The notes beneath the pieces were generated by a model. The model was not told the origin of the DNA and did not search any database. It saw nothing but the letters and a program-made list of their open reading frames with translations. Positions 1-13,200 of a DNA stretch of 64,000 nt are shown here, one piece after another. The translations under genes and the position numbers were made by a program. Source of the stretch: Schmidtea polychroa (lineage: Eukaryota); contig CM097888.1 in NCBI GenBank assembly GCA_044892525.1, positions 52,762,001-52,826,000 of the forward strand. Reading direction: 5' to 3'. Numbering within the stretch: position 1 is the stretch's first letter; every line of letters begins with the position of its first letter.

Positions 1-401
1 AGGAAAATCGATAGTAAAGAAAAATGAACAACAACAACTAAGATTTTATTTACTTTCATTGTTTGCGTGTCGCCATTAATTTTAATGTAAATAATCACGG
101 AACAATAATAATTTATTATCGCTCAAGCAAAATTTCAATATTTGGATCGTACAGGGTCTATTGCCGAAGTCCGAAGTTTCCGAAGTGTTTGAACTTTGGT
201 CCGAATCGAAGTTCAAATCAAAGTTCGGCAGGCCACTAATAACAACAAGTGACGTGTATATATTAAGTGAATTGGGATTTTTTTTATATTAACCGTACTG
301 TGGTATTAAACACTGTATTAATAAACATAGAAATTGTATTAAAATAATAATAAATGGATCATGATTTCTTGATTTCGTAATAACCATTGGATTGCATTAT
401 G

Positions 402-1596
402 CTATGTTAAATACTGATTTAAATACTGATCATTTACTTCAGATTCTGACGTGAGATCATTCTCAAGGTCTTCATACGAATAAGTCAGATTTCCTAAATT
501 ATTTTCTTCTTGAATACAGTGAATTCTTCTTGTATTATTACTCCTTAATAGAGGGCAGTTAGTAAAAAAATGATCATTTTTACCGCCTATTAAACAACAC
601 TTGCTTAAAGGGCAATTGTTCCGAATATGACCTGATTCACCACAACAGTAACATTGACCGGGTTGTAAAGGTCGCAATTCTGGTTCCGGTAATCCTTTCG
701 CTTTGTTGTAAACTCGTCTTGCAATATGTTTCAAAGAAACCGTAGGCCTATTGTATCTCTCATTAACCAATAAACTTTCTGAGCTTCGTCTTCTTTCGGT
801 ACCATATCGTCTATTGTCATAATTTTCGTAACTTCTATTTTTACTGACATACCGGTTAGTCTCAGGATGGTCTAATCAATGGTTGAACATTCTGCCTTAC
901 TGGAATTTTATTTCTTGTTACCGATGCATACGACGATTTTTTCCTATCATCTGCCAATACAAATACCTCTCTGGTGTCTTCTGTATGTAAAATATTTTCA
1001 AAATTTACATTCAATTTCTCTATTTCTGTAAGAGATACTTCTGGGTTCATTGCAATTGCATCCTTAACTTTTTCTGAATACATACGTCTTGTTACAATAT
1101 CCTTGACAATCATGTCTTCTGTTTGATTTGCGGAAAGTACTTCGCGCACTAATTTCCTCACTCTGATTACAAAATTTGCAAACCTTTCTTTCGATCTCTG
1201 CTTTATCAGACTCATGTCTTCGATGTTTTGCAAAAAACTTTTGAATTTTACATATTTTAAAATAAAACAACTTTTTATCTCTTGATCTGAGGCCGGAGTC
1301 TTTTGTGCTTCCTTAAAGGCCATCCAAAAATCTTTTGCGTCTCCATGCAATAACAAATCGAATGTTGCTCCTAAATTGAGCGAATTTATCGTCACAAATT
1401 CTTCAATAGATACAAGCCAGTCCTTTGCATTTTCTTCTTTTCCTCCGAAAAACTTCTTTATCACTGGATAAATTGAATCTTGAATATTCTTTGGCGAAGA
1501 TTCCACAATTTTCTGCCTTTGCTGTGATCTCGTCAGAGCTGAGATTTCGGCCTGGTCGCCAGTAACATTTTTATTAAAAGTCATTAAAACTAACAC
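402..1596 (-). mobile_element. Ty3/gypsy-like gag remnant (capsid-like region plus zinc knuckles), split by one frameshift near 870-880
   Basis: ORF 862-1596 (gag-like helical region) continues in a shifted frame (TNRYVSKNRSYENYDNRR...) into ORF 402-770, which has a CX2CX4HX4C knuckle CYCCGESGHIRNNC and a degenerate second one (CLIGGKNDHFFTNC). No pol follows within 1-401. Confidence 0.75.
1551..1561 (-). promoter_or_regulatory. Putative tRNA primer-binding site (TGGCGACCAGG) of the gag remnant
   Basis: Minus strand reads ...AATAAAAATGTTAC-TGGCGACCAGG at the 5' end of the gag ORF. TGG start is typical of an LTR-element PBS; the same TGGCGACCA occurs at 41398 ahead of a gypsy pol remnant. Confidence 0.5.
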
Positions 1597-1882
1597 GTTA
1601 TTTTCAAATATATATATTTATTATAAAATCTGAATATTTAAACAATATATCAATTTAAATATCATCACTTATTATTATTATTATTTTGAATAAATTATAC
1701 ATCATTCGATAGGGAAATCGATTTTCAGATAAAATGTGAATAAAAATTAAAAGTTATTGTAAATTTTTGTTAATTATACAATGCTAATTGCATAACGTAA
1801 TCAATACCAAAAATTAGAAATAAATTTACATTTTTTTACAATTTTCTTTATTTAGATCAGTTTTTATATTTCCTAATTTTAG

Positions 1883-2158
1883 TTTATCGAAGATCATTTT
1901 TATAAGACTGTTCATCTCACTATTGTCGCAGCAGGGGTAATGGGTCTGTTGTTATGTCTGTGTTGGATCAAAAATTTGAAAATTATCGCCAGGGTGGCTA
2001 TATTCGCAAATATAAGTGCGATTTTAGGAATCATTATGATAATGGTTTATAGCATCATGGGTATTCAGGATTTCACCACATTTCCAGCTTTCACTCCATT
2101 TAATGATGTTCTTGTCGCGTTTGGAATTGTGATATTTGCTTTTGAAGCTATTAATTTG
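1883..2158 (+). CDS. SLC36A: SLC36 transporter exon (TM segments, ends FAFEAINL)
   Basis: Acceptor ttttag at 1877-1882, donor GTAATT at 2159; overlaps ORF 1940-2188. Confidence 0.9.
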
Positions 2159-2574
2159 GTAATTTATCATTCATTTGATGGATTTTAATGTAATTATGGA
2201 TTTATTATTATTATTAATTTTTATATATTAATTTTTTATTTTTTATTATTTTTATTATTATTATGATCAAAATTACTTGAAAAAGGCAGTGCCAAAATGC
2301 ATGAATATCAAAAAAACATCGATATATTTACTGATTCATAGTCAAGCTTTTTATTAATATACTGTCGATTGAAAAGAAATTAGTGGTGAAATTTGAAAAA
2401 GTTTTTATTATTGTAATTGTAATTATTATTATTATTGTAATGGATTAAAATATTTTTTTACGGATTTCTAACAATAAAATAATATAAACATTACAGGCTT
2501 TGTGATACCCAGTGCAAATCCCAATAGTAGACTAGTTTCGAGCATTTGCACTGGGTATCACAAAGCTTGTAATG

Positions 2575-2663
<89 letters not shown>

Positions 2664-5600
2664 ACCTGATGAGGTTAAGCATATTATATTGCACTCCCAA
2701 TACCGTATATCAAGGTGTATCAATGATACAAATTCTATTCTATCACCATCAAATATTCATGTTATTTAATGATAATATTCAATGTTAAATTTTCATATTT
2801 ATATTGAAATAAAAAATTAATTGAATTGAATTTATTCATTAGTAATTTCAATTATTTTAAATGCCAAATATCAATTTAATTAATAATCAATATAATTGAA
2901 GTGAAATCATAATTAATTATAAATTATTCCAAAATTAATTTCGACCAATAAATAATTATAATTGAATAAATTTTATATAAATATTTATCTTTTCAATTGT
3001 ATTTATATTTCGCATTTCATATAGAACATTTTTTATTGTTTTGATAAAGATAATTAGTTTTCTATTTATGATTGCTAAAAATAAATATTAAAAATTCTAT
3101 TTTTCCTTGTGTTTGATTATGTTATAGTAGTGATAGTATTTCAATATTATCAACTGGCATATTAAAATCAGCCATTTTCGAGACTGAGAAAACTGGGCTT
3201 GAAAATGCCATAAAAATATTAAAAATATTTTAATAACCAACCCACTTTTCCGATATTCAAAAACAATATTTTCCCATTTCCGTAAAGGGTAAAGTGACCA
3301 TTCGGTATTGTTTCTTGTGTATTTCATCTGGTGGACTTCGATACGATTTGTATATGCTGAAAGCGATTGTGTGAATTTACATGGCAAATGATAAGATAGT
3401 TTTTTTTAATATTTATTAGTTTATTTATTTGATAATTGTATTATTTGATATGAATTTGTTCAGGTTCTTCCAATTCAAAATAAGATGAAATACCCTGAAA
3501 GGTATGTTACAAGGGCTGGCGTTATAAATACGGCAATGGTGTTTGTCGTATGTTTATATGCTGCCATGGGATTTTATGGGTTCCTGAAATTTGGAAATGA
3601 TACCCAGGGATCTATCACATTAAATCTTAAACATGCTCCTAAGTGACGCTTTGGAATTTCTTTTATTTTATCGACTTTTATTTTTTTAGTTGGCTTATTC
3701 CTATTCAACCGCTTTTTGTATTTTCTATTCTGGTATCATATCTCCTTCAAATCTACATTCCTGTGTTCATATGCTCAAAATTAATTCAAAAACTCGAGTG
3801 CCATAAGAACACGTCACCTCTGCGCCAGAAGATTCACCTGAAGATTATTCCACCACTGATTGTTATATTCTCATGTAGGAATAATTTCTTTGATACTTGA
3901 TTATTTTAATTGTCGGTTAAATTATCGGTTCTCACGTTTTTGGTAATTTTATTATTATTGAGGTTTCCAATAAGCGCATGAGATAGGTTTATTATTTTAT
4001 TTTCATAACCTCGCCTCATTTCAGTTCACATTTTGAAATTTTATTCTGATTTGAACCGAGTAAAAATTTACCGAAAATATAATATAATATTGTCAAAAAT
4101 AGAATAAAATTTAATGAGTTCAAGTTATATAGTAAGTGATTATATCTATGTGATTAAAATTTATAATAATACCAAATATTATTATTACNNNNNNNNNNNN
4201 NNNNNNNNNNNNNNNNNNNNNNNNNNNNNNNNNNNNNNNNNNNNNNNNNNNNNNNNNNNNNNNNNNNNNNNNNNNNNNNNNNNNNNNNNNNNNNNNNNNN
4301 NNNNNNNNNNNNNNNNNNNNNNNNNNNNNNNNNNNNNNNNNNNNNNNNNNNNNNNNNNNNNNNNNNNNNNNNNNNNNNNNNNNNNNNNNNNNNNNNNNNN
4401 NNNNNNNNNNNNNNNNNNNNNNATCTTCTTCTACATCAATTTCCACTGCTTCCGATTTATTTTCTTTCTCAAAACCCCATCATCATAGAACTCGTCGACT
4501 AAATCAGCAATAACATTTTCCTCAACTATCTCATCAAATTCCACGATCTCCTCTTCAATCAGTAGTTCATTTTTATCTATACCCATTTCAGATGCAACAA
4601 TTTCCAGATAATCAATTTCTTTCTCCATCTTCTCCGTATAATCCCATATCATTACCATATTTCAAAAAAACATTTTGTCATGGTTTCCATTTTTATGAAT
4701 TCTCAGCCCTTTAAAATAATCTTGATAGAATCAAAAATTCCCATACCTGAACTCGTATTTCAATCATTGAAAGTAAATGTAAAATTTGTAATATTCGTAT
4801 AGGTGCTTTAAAACTTCGTATCATACCAGCGTCTATATTTTCAAATATTTTGGATTCTTGGTTTTCCTATTATCATCGGTGGTATTTTTTCTCCTAAAGA
4901 AAAACGTCAATAAAATTGTTATGCGATCTTTTGCCATTTTTCCTCCTTTACACTCCTTTCCTTTTTGGTTTAAAATTCGTTTCAGTAATTCCCTATAAAA
5001 ATAGCCGGTTTCGTCGGTATTGAATATATTTGCTGTATACTAACCTTCCGTCAATACATCCAATTTCAATCTCCATTTATCAGCTGATTCAAGATTTAAT
5101 ATTGTTCTTAGATTTCCATTTCGGCCGCCAGCCCTCTGACGCTGTAAAATTCTGCTTATCGGTTCCCAAACTGGCAGCTATGCAAATAGCTTAAAATGGG
5201 TCTACTTATCGGATATCCATATGCCATTGCTATTATAGAATTATATTTACATCAGACTGCTTAACAATTCTACATCTATTCAATGATCTATTGTTTTTAG
5301 GAATTTTAAGATTCTATGCGATTTTTCTTATACTAGTTCCCGCATCCGATTGTTTGATAATTTCTTTTTTTGTTTCCAGAAGAATTTTTTTCTGCTCGCC
5401 ATTTATGAGGAGTATTTTTTTTTAAATGTCTTTCATAAATTGATAGATTTATTATAATTTTTTCTCCATTTTCTACCATATACGAAGATGTATATTATGA
5501 AGTGTACTTTATAGAGAGGTTTTAATGTATTTACATCTTAATTCTTTTCAGTTTCAAATATTTATTTTTTTCTATTTACATTTTCAAAATTTAAAGGTTA

Positions 5601-8600
5601 AGTAATAATTCATTACATGAAATTATTCGTTAATTATTCATTAAATATTAACCTTATTCTTTATTTTAAACGAATTAAATGGTAAATGAAGTTACATTTC
5701 ACCCTTTGTTTGCTTATGCAATTTTGTTGCAGTAATTTTCAGCGTTCGTGTATCATCTGTAGCTTTTTTCTTTTATTTACTGCTTTTATTGTTACCTTAT
5801 GTAATATAGACATGCCATACTTTCTTCTGGTTACAAATTATAGAATTTGAACGAGAAGGTCAGGTTTAAGTGATCTAATACTTTTCAGTTAAAAATTCTG
5901 CATTTTCTTGTCTTTGTAAGGCCCATCTTTACTAAAACTCAACAAATTTATTCCACCAACAGCAATTACAATTTTCACATTTGATAAGTCGTCTTAAGGC
6001 AGGCCCGTTGCAAGGGACATTTTCAGAAACAATAGTACCAGTAAAAACAGAGTTGGTCAAGGGTAAAATATTCAAAGTTTTGAACCAAATCAAAAGCTAG
6101 TGGAACATTGTACAGTTGTCGAAGTTCAAAATGTTATGATGGACATCGATAAGACTGTCAGCCGAGTGCAGGAGAGTCCTTGATGTAATGGATTATATTC
6201 TAAAATCCGGCCATGCAGAGATTTTTACGAATGTGGTGGTCGCTTTGAGAATAATCCATTCAATGCCTGTGAGCGTCGCAATCGGAGAGCGCAGTTTCTC
6301 TAAATTGAAGCTCATCAAGTCATATCTTTGTTCAACTAGAGCACAGGACAGGATTTGTGGATTAAGTTCTGAGCTTGACTATTCTCAATTGGACGACTCT
6401 TTCGTAAGGCACAAAATGCACCGAATTCTTCTTTGATTGAAACATTAAATAACATGAAAAATGACACTTTTTTCATTTTTATTTGTTTTAGCTTTTAAAT
6501 AAACATTGACTATAAACAATACAATGCCGACAAGTGGCAGGGGCCTCCAAAAGTCACGTGATGCTTAATTTAAGGAAAACCTAAATTAAATTCAATTGAA
6601 ATTTCATTTCCAATAAACTATTTTATATCTGAACACCAAATGTTGGCCAAACAGTCAATTGGAAAATAATTAGAAACATTTATATCCGATAGTCCCTCAT
6701 CAAGCGTAACAAAATATTTTCTTTTCCTCGGATTCTCTAATGGAAACAAAATCATAAATTTATTCACCTTAATTCCCTGAAGTAGTAGTTTCAACTGTTA
6801 TATTTATACTTCTATATGAACTTCTCTTCAGATAGAAATTATTTGAAGTGTATTTATTTTTTTATAATTATCATCTGTTCCAGGGTTAACTTCTATGTTA
6901 ATTTTTCTTTACTTGCAATTCTTTTAATGGGGACAGCTTTTATGTAACCCTTTAATTTTGATTAATTTACACAGTTTTTATGTAGTGAGGTATAAATTAT
7001 GGAATCAGCATTTCATGTCTAGAATCTTGTCACGACTTATTAATAATACGTAGGTTAATTATTGCAACCCAATTCAACTCAGATTATCCACATTTTTAAC
7101 AATCAACTCATCCAAAACCAAATTCGAACCAGTAAATAAGAGTGCAATTCATTCTGCTTCATGGTTTCGTTGATTACATAACTGAGGGAGCCCATTAAAT
7201 ATAAAGTTCATTTCCATGAGTCTTTGTACATTCTTTATCCATTCTCCATAATCTAACGTCATTTGACACTTGCATTATTATAAGCACTTATTCAGATGTA
7301 TGACAAAATATGCACTTAATTTATAATTTCAAGTGTGTAATTTGCACATCACAAATCAATAACGGATTTCACTATTTATTCACTAAAAACATGTTGGTAA
7401 AAATCTCAAGAATTCATGGAGCATCATATAGACCTATTAAAAGTGATGATCATTAACCCTCTTGAAATGTGCAATTAACACCAAGATATCAAGGCTGCTT
7501 GGTGATTGGATGCAAGGTGTGAAATCATATTCTTATCAAAGTGACTAATGAAATATTTTCGATAGCAGCATTTATGATTGTTAGTATTCAGAGGAAATGT
7601 AGGATATACTAATAAAGGGTAAAATAACTCATTTACATTTGTACTACTGGTCAATTCTGAGGGGTTTGAAAATTAATTATGGGGGAAATAAATATTGAAA
7701 CTGGTGAGTCATTTATTTACAAATAACAGATCTACAAAACGAAAAAATAATAAATATCGCACAAAAAGAACTTTATTTACTTGTTACACTATGTCATGGA
7801 ATCAAATAACTCATTTCAGCCTCGACATTGTCGTTGAAATTGGCATAAGTTGCTGTTGGACCGCATAAGAATTCAATTATATGGTAGTCGCTATAGAACT
7901 TCAAGTGACATTCAATTCAACACCATATAGTAAATTAAGGTTAAAAATTAAAAACTTGAAATGAATTTATTTTCGTGGATGAGGGGTTGCTTAGGTGTAA
8001 TACGATGTTATCATCCAAAGATTGGCTCTTTAGGATTCCGGGGTCTGGTCGTAAAGTCATTGGAGTTGGGTTTCTTATATAGAGCTGATGATAATCAAAT
8101 AAGCTCGAAACCAATCTGCTATTAAAAATCTGTATGAATCATATTTGATTCATACTACATTTGTACTCTGTGCTGAGTGAATCAAACTTGCTTTGCACGA
8201 GACTTTTTCGTTTATGTCGTGTCATTACCCATGATACGCGTCTGTATAAAAGGCTTAAAGGAAAAGGAACAGTACAGTCTGTCAAACATTTTTTTAATTT
8301 TTCTTATTGTGAGGGTTTTATATTTTTGATTTTCAAGGTAAATATTGTTGGACTTCGGATATTATATCTTATGTGCTCCGTATCCAAATTCTGAATTCTT
8401 TAACTTTTTATTTAGTACTTGCCTATACACGCACCCCACAAAAAATTGTAATTTTTAGATTTTATGCAAATTTTAATAATTTTTGCATTCACATTTTGAT
8501 TTTCCTTCTTTTGAGTTTTAAGTTTTCGAATTTTAAATGATTATAAATTTTTAAATTTTATTTTTGCTAGATTTTGTTTCTATTAATCTAGATTCTAGAT

Positions 8601-9596
8601 CAGGGATGGGGAACCTTTTTATTTCCATAGGCCACATTGAAATTTGTCGCCTCCAAATGGGGCCGCAGTCAAAAAGTATGTTAACATTAATTAATTTCAT
8701 TTTAAATCTTTTGTTTAGACACAGTTTAAAACAATGTTTATTATTAGTCTTCAGATTTGAAAAATGCAACTGTACGCAATATTTTGGAAAATTTTTATTA
8801 TTTATGAATCGAAAACTTGATGCAAATAAGTCATCATTTTACAAATGAGTGCTCAATAATCTTATTTATTCGTCTACATACGTTTTGTATTTATGGGTGT
8901 GAATGATTCACTTTTATATTTCGTTCTTTGTAAATCCTCAAAATTCAAGGTTTTTTATATAAATTAAAATTTATTTCGATGAAGCTCTGGGAGGCCTTAG
9001 GTTCCCACCCCTGTTCTAAAGAGATTGATAGATTTATATATTGACAGNNNNNNNNNNNNNNNNNNNNNNNNNNNNNNNNNNNNNNNNNNNNNNNNNNNNN
9101 NNNNNNNNNNNNNNNNNNNNNNNNNNNNNNNNNNNNNNNNNNNNNNNNNNNNNNNNNNNNNNNNNNNNNNNNNNNNNNNNNNNNNNNNNNNNNNNNNNNN
9201 NNNNGATTGATTGATTTGTATATTACTAGATTAATAAAGTGATTGATATATTGATATTCTAATACCAAGGGATGTTTATGACTTTTATTAAATGCTTTAT
9301 AACATTTTGATACATGACTGATTCCTATAATAAGTGATCTGTTGTTTACAGATGCAATGGCCGTATCGATTCCTCATTTGGATTTAATGTTGTCATTACT
9401 CGGTGCCGTTAGTAGTTCATATTTAGCTCTAATTCTGCCTCCAATTATCAACGTCGTTTCTCGTTATTCAGAGAATGACAAAAGGGATTGGAGGTTCCAC
9501 TTGGGAGTGCTTTCAGATGTTCTGATATTTTTATTTGGATTGATAGGTTTTATTGGTGGCACAGCTAGTTCAATATATGCATTGATTAAGGCATAA
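1883..9596 (+). CDS. SLC36A: Proton-coupled amino acid transporter (SLC36/PAT, AAAP family), 3' part; exons 1883-2158, 3464-3642, 3690-3874, 9352-9596
   Basis: Spliced frame is continuous with matching phases (0,2,1): ...FAFEAINL|VLPIQNKMKYPE...GFYGFLKFGNDTQGSITLNL...N|WLIPIQPL...FSY|AMAVSIPHLDLMLSLLGAVSSSYLALILPP...; these match SLC36 motifs FAFEGIGVVLPLEN, GYLxFG, IPxLDLxISLVGSVSSSxLALIxPP. 5' exons lie outside the window. Confidence 0.9.
2270..2345 (+). repeat. Dispersed repeat, related copies at ~61845-61911 and ~62120-62165
   Basis: TTGAAAAAGGCAGT(G/T)CCAAAAT...TATCAAAAA(AA)CATCGATATAT(T)TACTGATT shared between the loci. Confidence 0.75.
2484..2579. repeat. Inverted repeat: ~36-bp arms, 24-nt loop
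   Basis: ATAAACATTACAGGCTTTGTGATACCCAGTGCAAAT (2484-2519) vs ATTTGCACTGGGTATCACAAAGCTTGTAATGTTTAT (2544-2579); one mismatch (G-U as RNA). Confidence 0.95.
2578..2660. repeat. (ATT)n microsatellite
   Basis: About 27 uninterrupted ATT units. Confidence 0.98.
3464..3874 (+). CDS. SLC36A: SLC36 transporter exons 3464-3642 and 3690-3874 (47-nt intron)
   Basis: Acceptors ttcag(3463) and tttag(3689); donors GT at 3643 and 3875; phases consistent. Confidence 0.85.
4431..5470 (-). mobile_element. Decayed pogo/Tigger-type (Tc1/mariner superfamily) transposase
   Basis: Minus strand ~5040-4900 translates NIFNTDETGYFYRELLKRILNQKGKECKGGKMAKDRITILL, the pogo/Tigger FNxDETGL...GxKxxKxRxT motif; acidic C-terminal remnant in ORF 4431-4658; many stops/frameshifts; ends approximate. 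Confidence 0.8.
6188..6436 (+). mobile_element. hAT transposase C-terminal dimerization domain remnant (ZMYM1-like)
   Basis: VVVALRIIHSMPVSVAIGERSFSKLKLIKSYLCSTRAQDRICGL matches the hAT motif PVSxAxxERSFSKLKLIKxYLRSTxxQxRLxGL. Confidence 0.8.
8601..9013. mobile_element. hAT-type MITE
   Basis: Termini CAGGGATGGGGAACC ... GGTTCCCACCCCTG (imperfect TIR); flanks TTCTAGAT / TTCTAAAG (6/8, decayed 8-bp TSD). Confidence 0.7.
9352..9596 (+). CDS. SLC36A: SLC36 transporter last coding exon
   Basis: Acceptor tttacag(9351); IPHLDLMLSLLGAVSSSYLALILPP motif; stop TAA at 9594-9596. Confidence 0.9.
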
Positions 9597-10088
9597 TTTG
9601 TGCATGGTTCACTGATTATGATATAGATATAAACTTGTAAGATAATATTTTGTCAATTGTCATGATTTGCATATGTTTTTTCAATAAATTTATTTTCTAA
9701 TCTTGACTTGCTGAATTATTGGTATGGTAAATATTGTCAATATAAGCTGTGTAAATAGGATAAATAGCGCATTAATTAAACATCCCAAATATGATATTAA
9801 AATATCTACACAGCAATAATAAATGTTTAATATTTCCAATTTATCAATAATGCACATTTTTAATCGATGATAAAGATGAATTCACACATTTCTTGTGATA
9901 TTGGTCTTGGTTTTGCTGTAAACACTTGTCTTCGGATGTACTTAGAGTAAAATGTCGAACGGGAATAAATAATTCTAAATTCTGTTTGTCCGATCATTTC
10001 CGGGGAAATTTTTTGTCCAAAACTTTCTTTACTTGATATGCCTATTGGGCAAGTGTTCCATTTTGGTGGATTATCGTTTGCGTCAGAT

Positions 10089-10219
10089 GGGGATGAAGTT
10101 CAAAATCTCGCAGTTTACACCACTTAAGCTTCCCCGGCCGTAAAGTAAGTCGTCTACAAACGATTTAATGCCAACACGTAAATCATTAAAAATGATTCAA
10201 ACATCCAAACTATATTCAT
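10089..10219 (-). rRNA. 28S rRNA 3'-terminal fragment (dispersed pseudogene, distal part)
   Basis: Minus strand TAAATCGTTTGTAGACGACTTACTTTACGGCCGGGG...CTGCGAGATTTTGAACTTCATCCCC resembles the conserved eukaryotic LSU 3' end (TAAA..TT.GTAGACGAC.T..TT..GG.CGGGG...CTGCGATC..TTGA..TCAGCCC). Confidence 0.75.
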
Positions 10220-13200
10220 TAGGGTGGGTCGAAAATTTTTTTTTTCTCCAAACATGCCAAAAAAGTTGTGCTTATGCTAGAAAATGAAATATCCCTGCAA
10301 AAGACTGCTGTTTAAAAGGGTTTACAGGTCCCAACTTTTGTTTGTATGTATTAGTACTATCCCAGTAAAAATGCTCGCACACGTGCCATTGTAAATTCAT
10401 CCTGCAAGCAGTCACACGCTTGCAGAAAGACCATTTTTGACATGCTCTATTCACAAGTCCAAGCTAACGCGTGCATGTATAGAGAGGTTAATTCACGGAA
10501 GCACCTTCACACAAGCACTCACAAAGACAATTTCTTCTGAACAATACTAACACACACACTACAGTCAACACATAATCCACATGGATACTACTAGTCAGTC
10601 TAAACTCAGATAATTTAATTTGTTTCGATTGGATGTCAAGTGTTTGCTGGACCTAATTAAAAAAGTTAACTTAATGATTCACTTTTATTTTGCCAGAGCT
10701 TAGTACAGAAGAGCAGTTATGAAGGGACAGAGAAATAAGCAATTTCGCAAAACAAGAAGTAAATCACGTCATTGTCTGTTTGGTCAAACTTGTGAACTAC
10801 CCAGAAACCAATTACCTACTTGTGAAGATGTGTTTCGTGATTACTGTTACAATGAGAAATGTACGCAATTTCATACTGGCTTTAACGAACAAGCAACTCT
10901 TCTCGCAAATAAGGTGAAGGAAATTTATATGAAGGCAAGTATCCCAACTGTTGAGTTCAGTAGTATTGTGGTTCGTGTCAAGCGACTAATATCAAAAGTG
11001 CGTGAATTAGAGAAGTATCCAGAATGCAAGAGGTCATCTGCCAAATTTCAAGATAAGTTAAGCTCGTTTTCCAAATTGTTTGACATATGTTGCTGCAAAT
11101 GTTTTAATGATGGTGCTCGTGGAAGAAGTCAGTGTACATGCCGATTGGCCTTGAAAATTCCTACCTTAGAGTGGGAGTTCTGGATTGACCAACAAACTAC
11201 CAGAAACATGAAAATCGGAAATACGGACAGACAGGAAATCTCAAAATTGAAGAGAAAACAAACGAAAAGCAGCCCTACAGGAAAAGGAAAACAAATGAAA
11301 AATGAAATAATGGACACTGAAGTTAACGATCTACATCCGACCTCAAGAAGTGACACGGAGAATGAAGCCGCTAGTGATGAAAGTAAAGATAAGTTAGACA
11401 ATTCAACAGAAAGCTCAGAGTCAAGCGTAGAAGAATGTGATGAATTTCAAAATAGAAGACATTATCCTGAATTAAGTAAAGCTGTTGACAGATGTGGTGT
11501 GAGCAACAGAGACACGTGTTTGCTAGTAAACGCTTTTCTGAAAGATATGGAACTGTTATCCTCTCAAACAATCATCGATCCCGCAAAATTACGGTGTCAG
11601 AGAAAGTACTGGAGGGAGAGAGAAATTGAACAGCATTCAGCAGAAGCGAAAAACTTGATTTGCCTCGGTTTCGACGGGAAACAAGATTCCACCTTACTTC
11701 ATAGAAGGATCCTAAAAGAGGAGCATTATGTGATTGTCGCCTTTCCAGGGGATACATATATCGATCATGTTGTACCTCAAAGTAGTAAAGCTGTGGATAT
11801 TGGCAAAGAAATCATGTCAATCATCGTTAGCACGCAGTCCTCACTGACCCTTCAAGCAATTGTGTGCGATGGAACCAATACAAACACCGGAAAAAATAAT
11901 GGAATAATCAGAAGACTCGAAAAAAGCCTAGGGCGACCTCTACAATGGCTGATATGCTTGTTGCATGCAAATGAATTGCCATTCAGGAAGTATTTTTCAG
12001 TCGTCGATGGTGGAGAAACAAAAGGTCCAAAAACGTCATGTGGTGAAATAGGAAGCGTTCTTGATTTTGATCCAAAAGACAAGCCCGTAGTAGCCGTTAT
12101 GTCCCTTCCTGGAAAGGTCGTAGATATTAGTGAAAATGTCAAGAAAGAATTGAACACTGATCAATTGTATTTCCTCAGAGTATGCTTGGCAGTCCAGAAA
12201 GGGTACCACAACAACAAGGATGTCCCTTTTCTACAAATGGCACAACCAGGAAATTTGAATCACAGTCGCTGGCTAACGAAAGCTAATAGAATTCTGCGAC
12301 TATATATGTCCGAAACTGCTCCATCTGAACTTCTCATGCGAATAGTGAAATTTATTGTCAATTTCTATGGACCGTCATGGTTTTATATAAAGACTCACTC
12401 GTCATGCCAAGATGGTGCAAGAGATATTTTTTATATGCTCCAACTTCTGCAGGATTTGGATCCATCAGACCAAGAAATCATCTTTCCTGTCATTCAGAAC
12501 AACAATTACTTCTCACATCCAGAAAATATACTCCTAGCTGCTGTTGGTGATGATGATGAAGAAATCAGAAAGTTTGCAACAGAAAAAATCATAACTGCAA
12601 GACAAAATTTTCTCCCTTCCGAAGTGATTCGCACTATGGACAAGAATACTGTCTTTCTTCAGTCGTCTGCTACATCATATGTTGACATGATTGACTGGAC
12701 AAAATGTAATTTGACGCCTCCCCCTCTTTTATCTCATATATTGGATCATGAATTGAAGATGAATAAGAAAATTACATTAGAACAATTTCCCTGTCATTCT
12801 CAAGCCGTCGAAAGAGCCATCAAAGATGTTTCTTCTGCCAGTTGCAAAGTGTTTGGTCACAAGTCCAGACATGGTATGGTACTACTGTGTAAAAAATCAA
12901 GGAAGGAATTGCCCAAGGTGCAAAGCAAAGCTGATTTCATGTGACTTCTTTTTATGCCCTCGCTAATACATTTCTAAACTTTTGGCTGGATGTTTTTAAT
13001 AAAAAATAATTTCGAAAGTTGATTTTTGTCTTTGAAAAGGATAATTCAAATTTGGCCCTTCCTAATCACTGACGTTGTCAGGATATATTTCAATGCGGGA
13101 TGAGGACACAGAATATACTATCTCAGCCCAAGAGAGTAAATAATATACTTATAAGCTCTTAAGAAAGCTACATCTAAATATGGACAAAGGCGCAAAACAC

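Noticed and set aside
150-240. CCGAAG/GTTCGG repeats resembling a MITE end
   Set aside because: No convincing TIR pair or TSD.
2666-2710. CTGATGAGG after the (ATT)n tract
   Set aside because: No GAAA box (GTAT at the equivalent position); cannot support a ribozyme.
8084-8111. CTGATGA...GAAAC, apparent hammerhead core
   Set aside because: No helix II can form between the two boxes; AGCTC pairs with the upstream GAGCT instead.
6600-8300. Coding-like decayed sequence in the SLC36 intron
   Set aside because: No frame gave a recognisable motif by eye; probably an old TE but unassignable.
11129-12157. Minus-strand ORFs inside the transposase
   Set aside because: Antisense shadows of the 741-aa ORF; no motifs.
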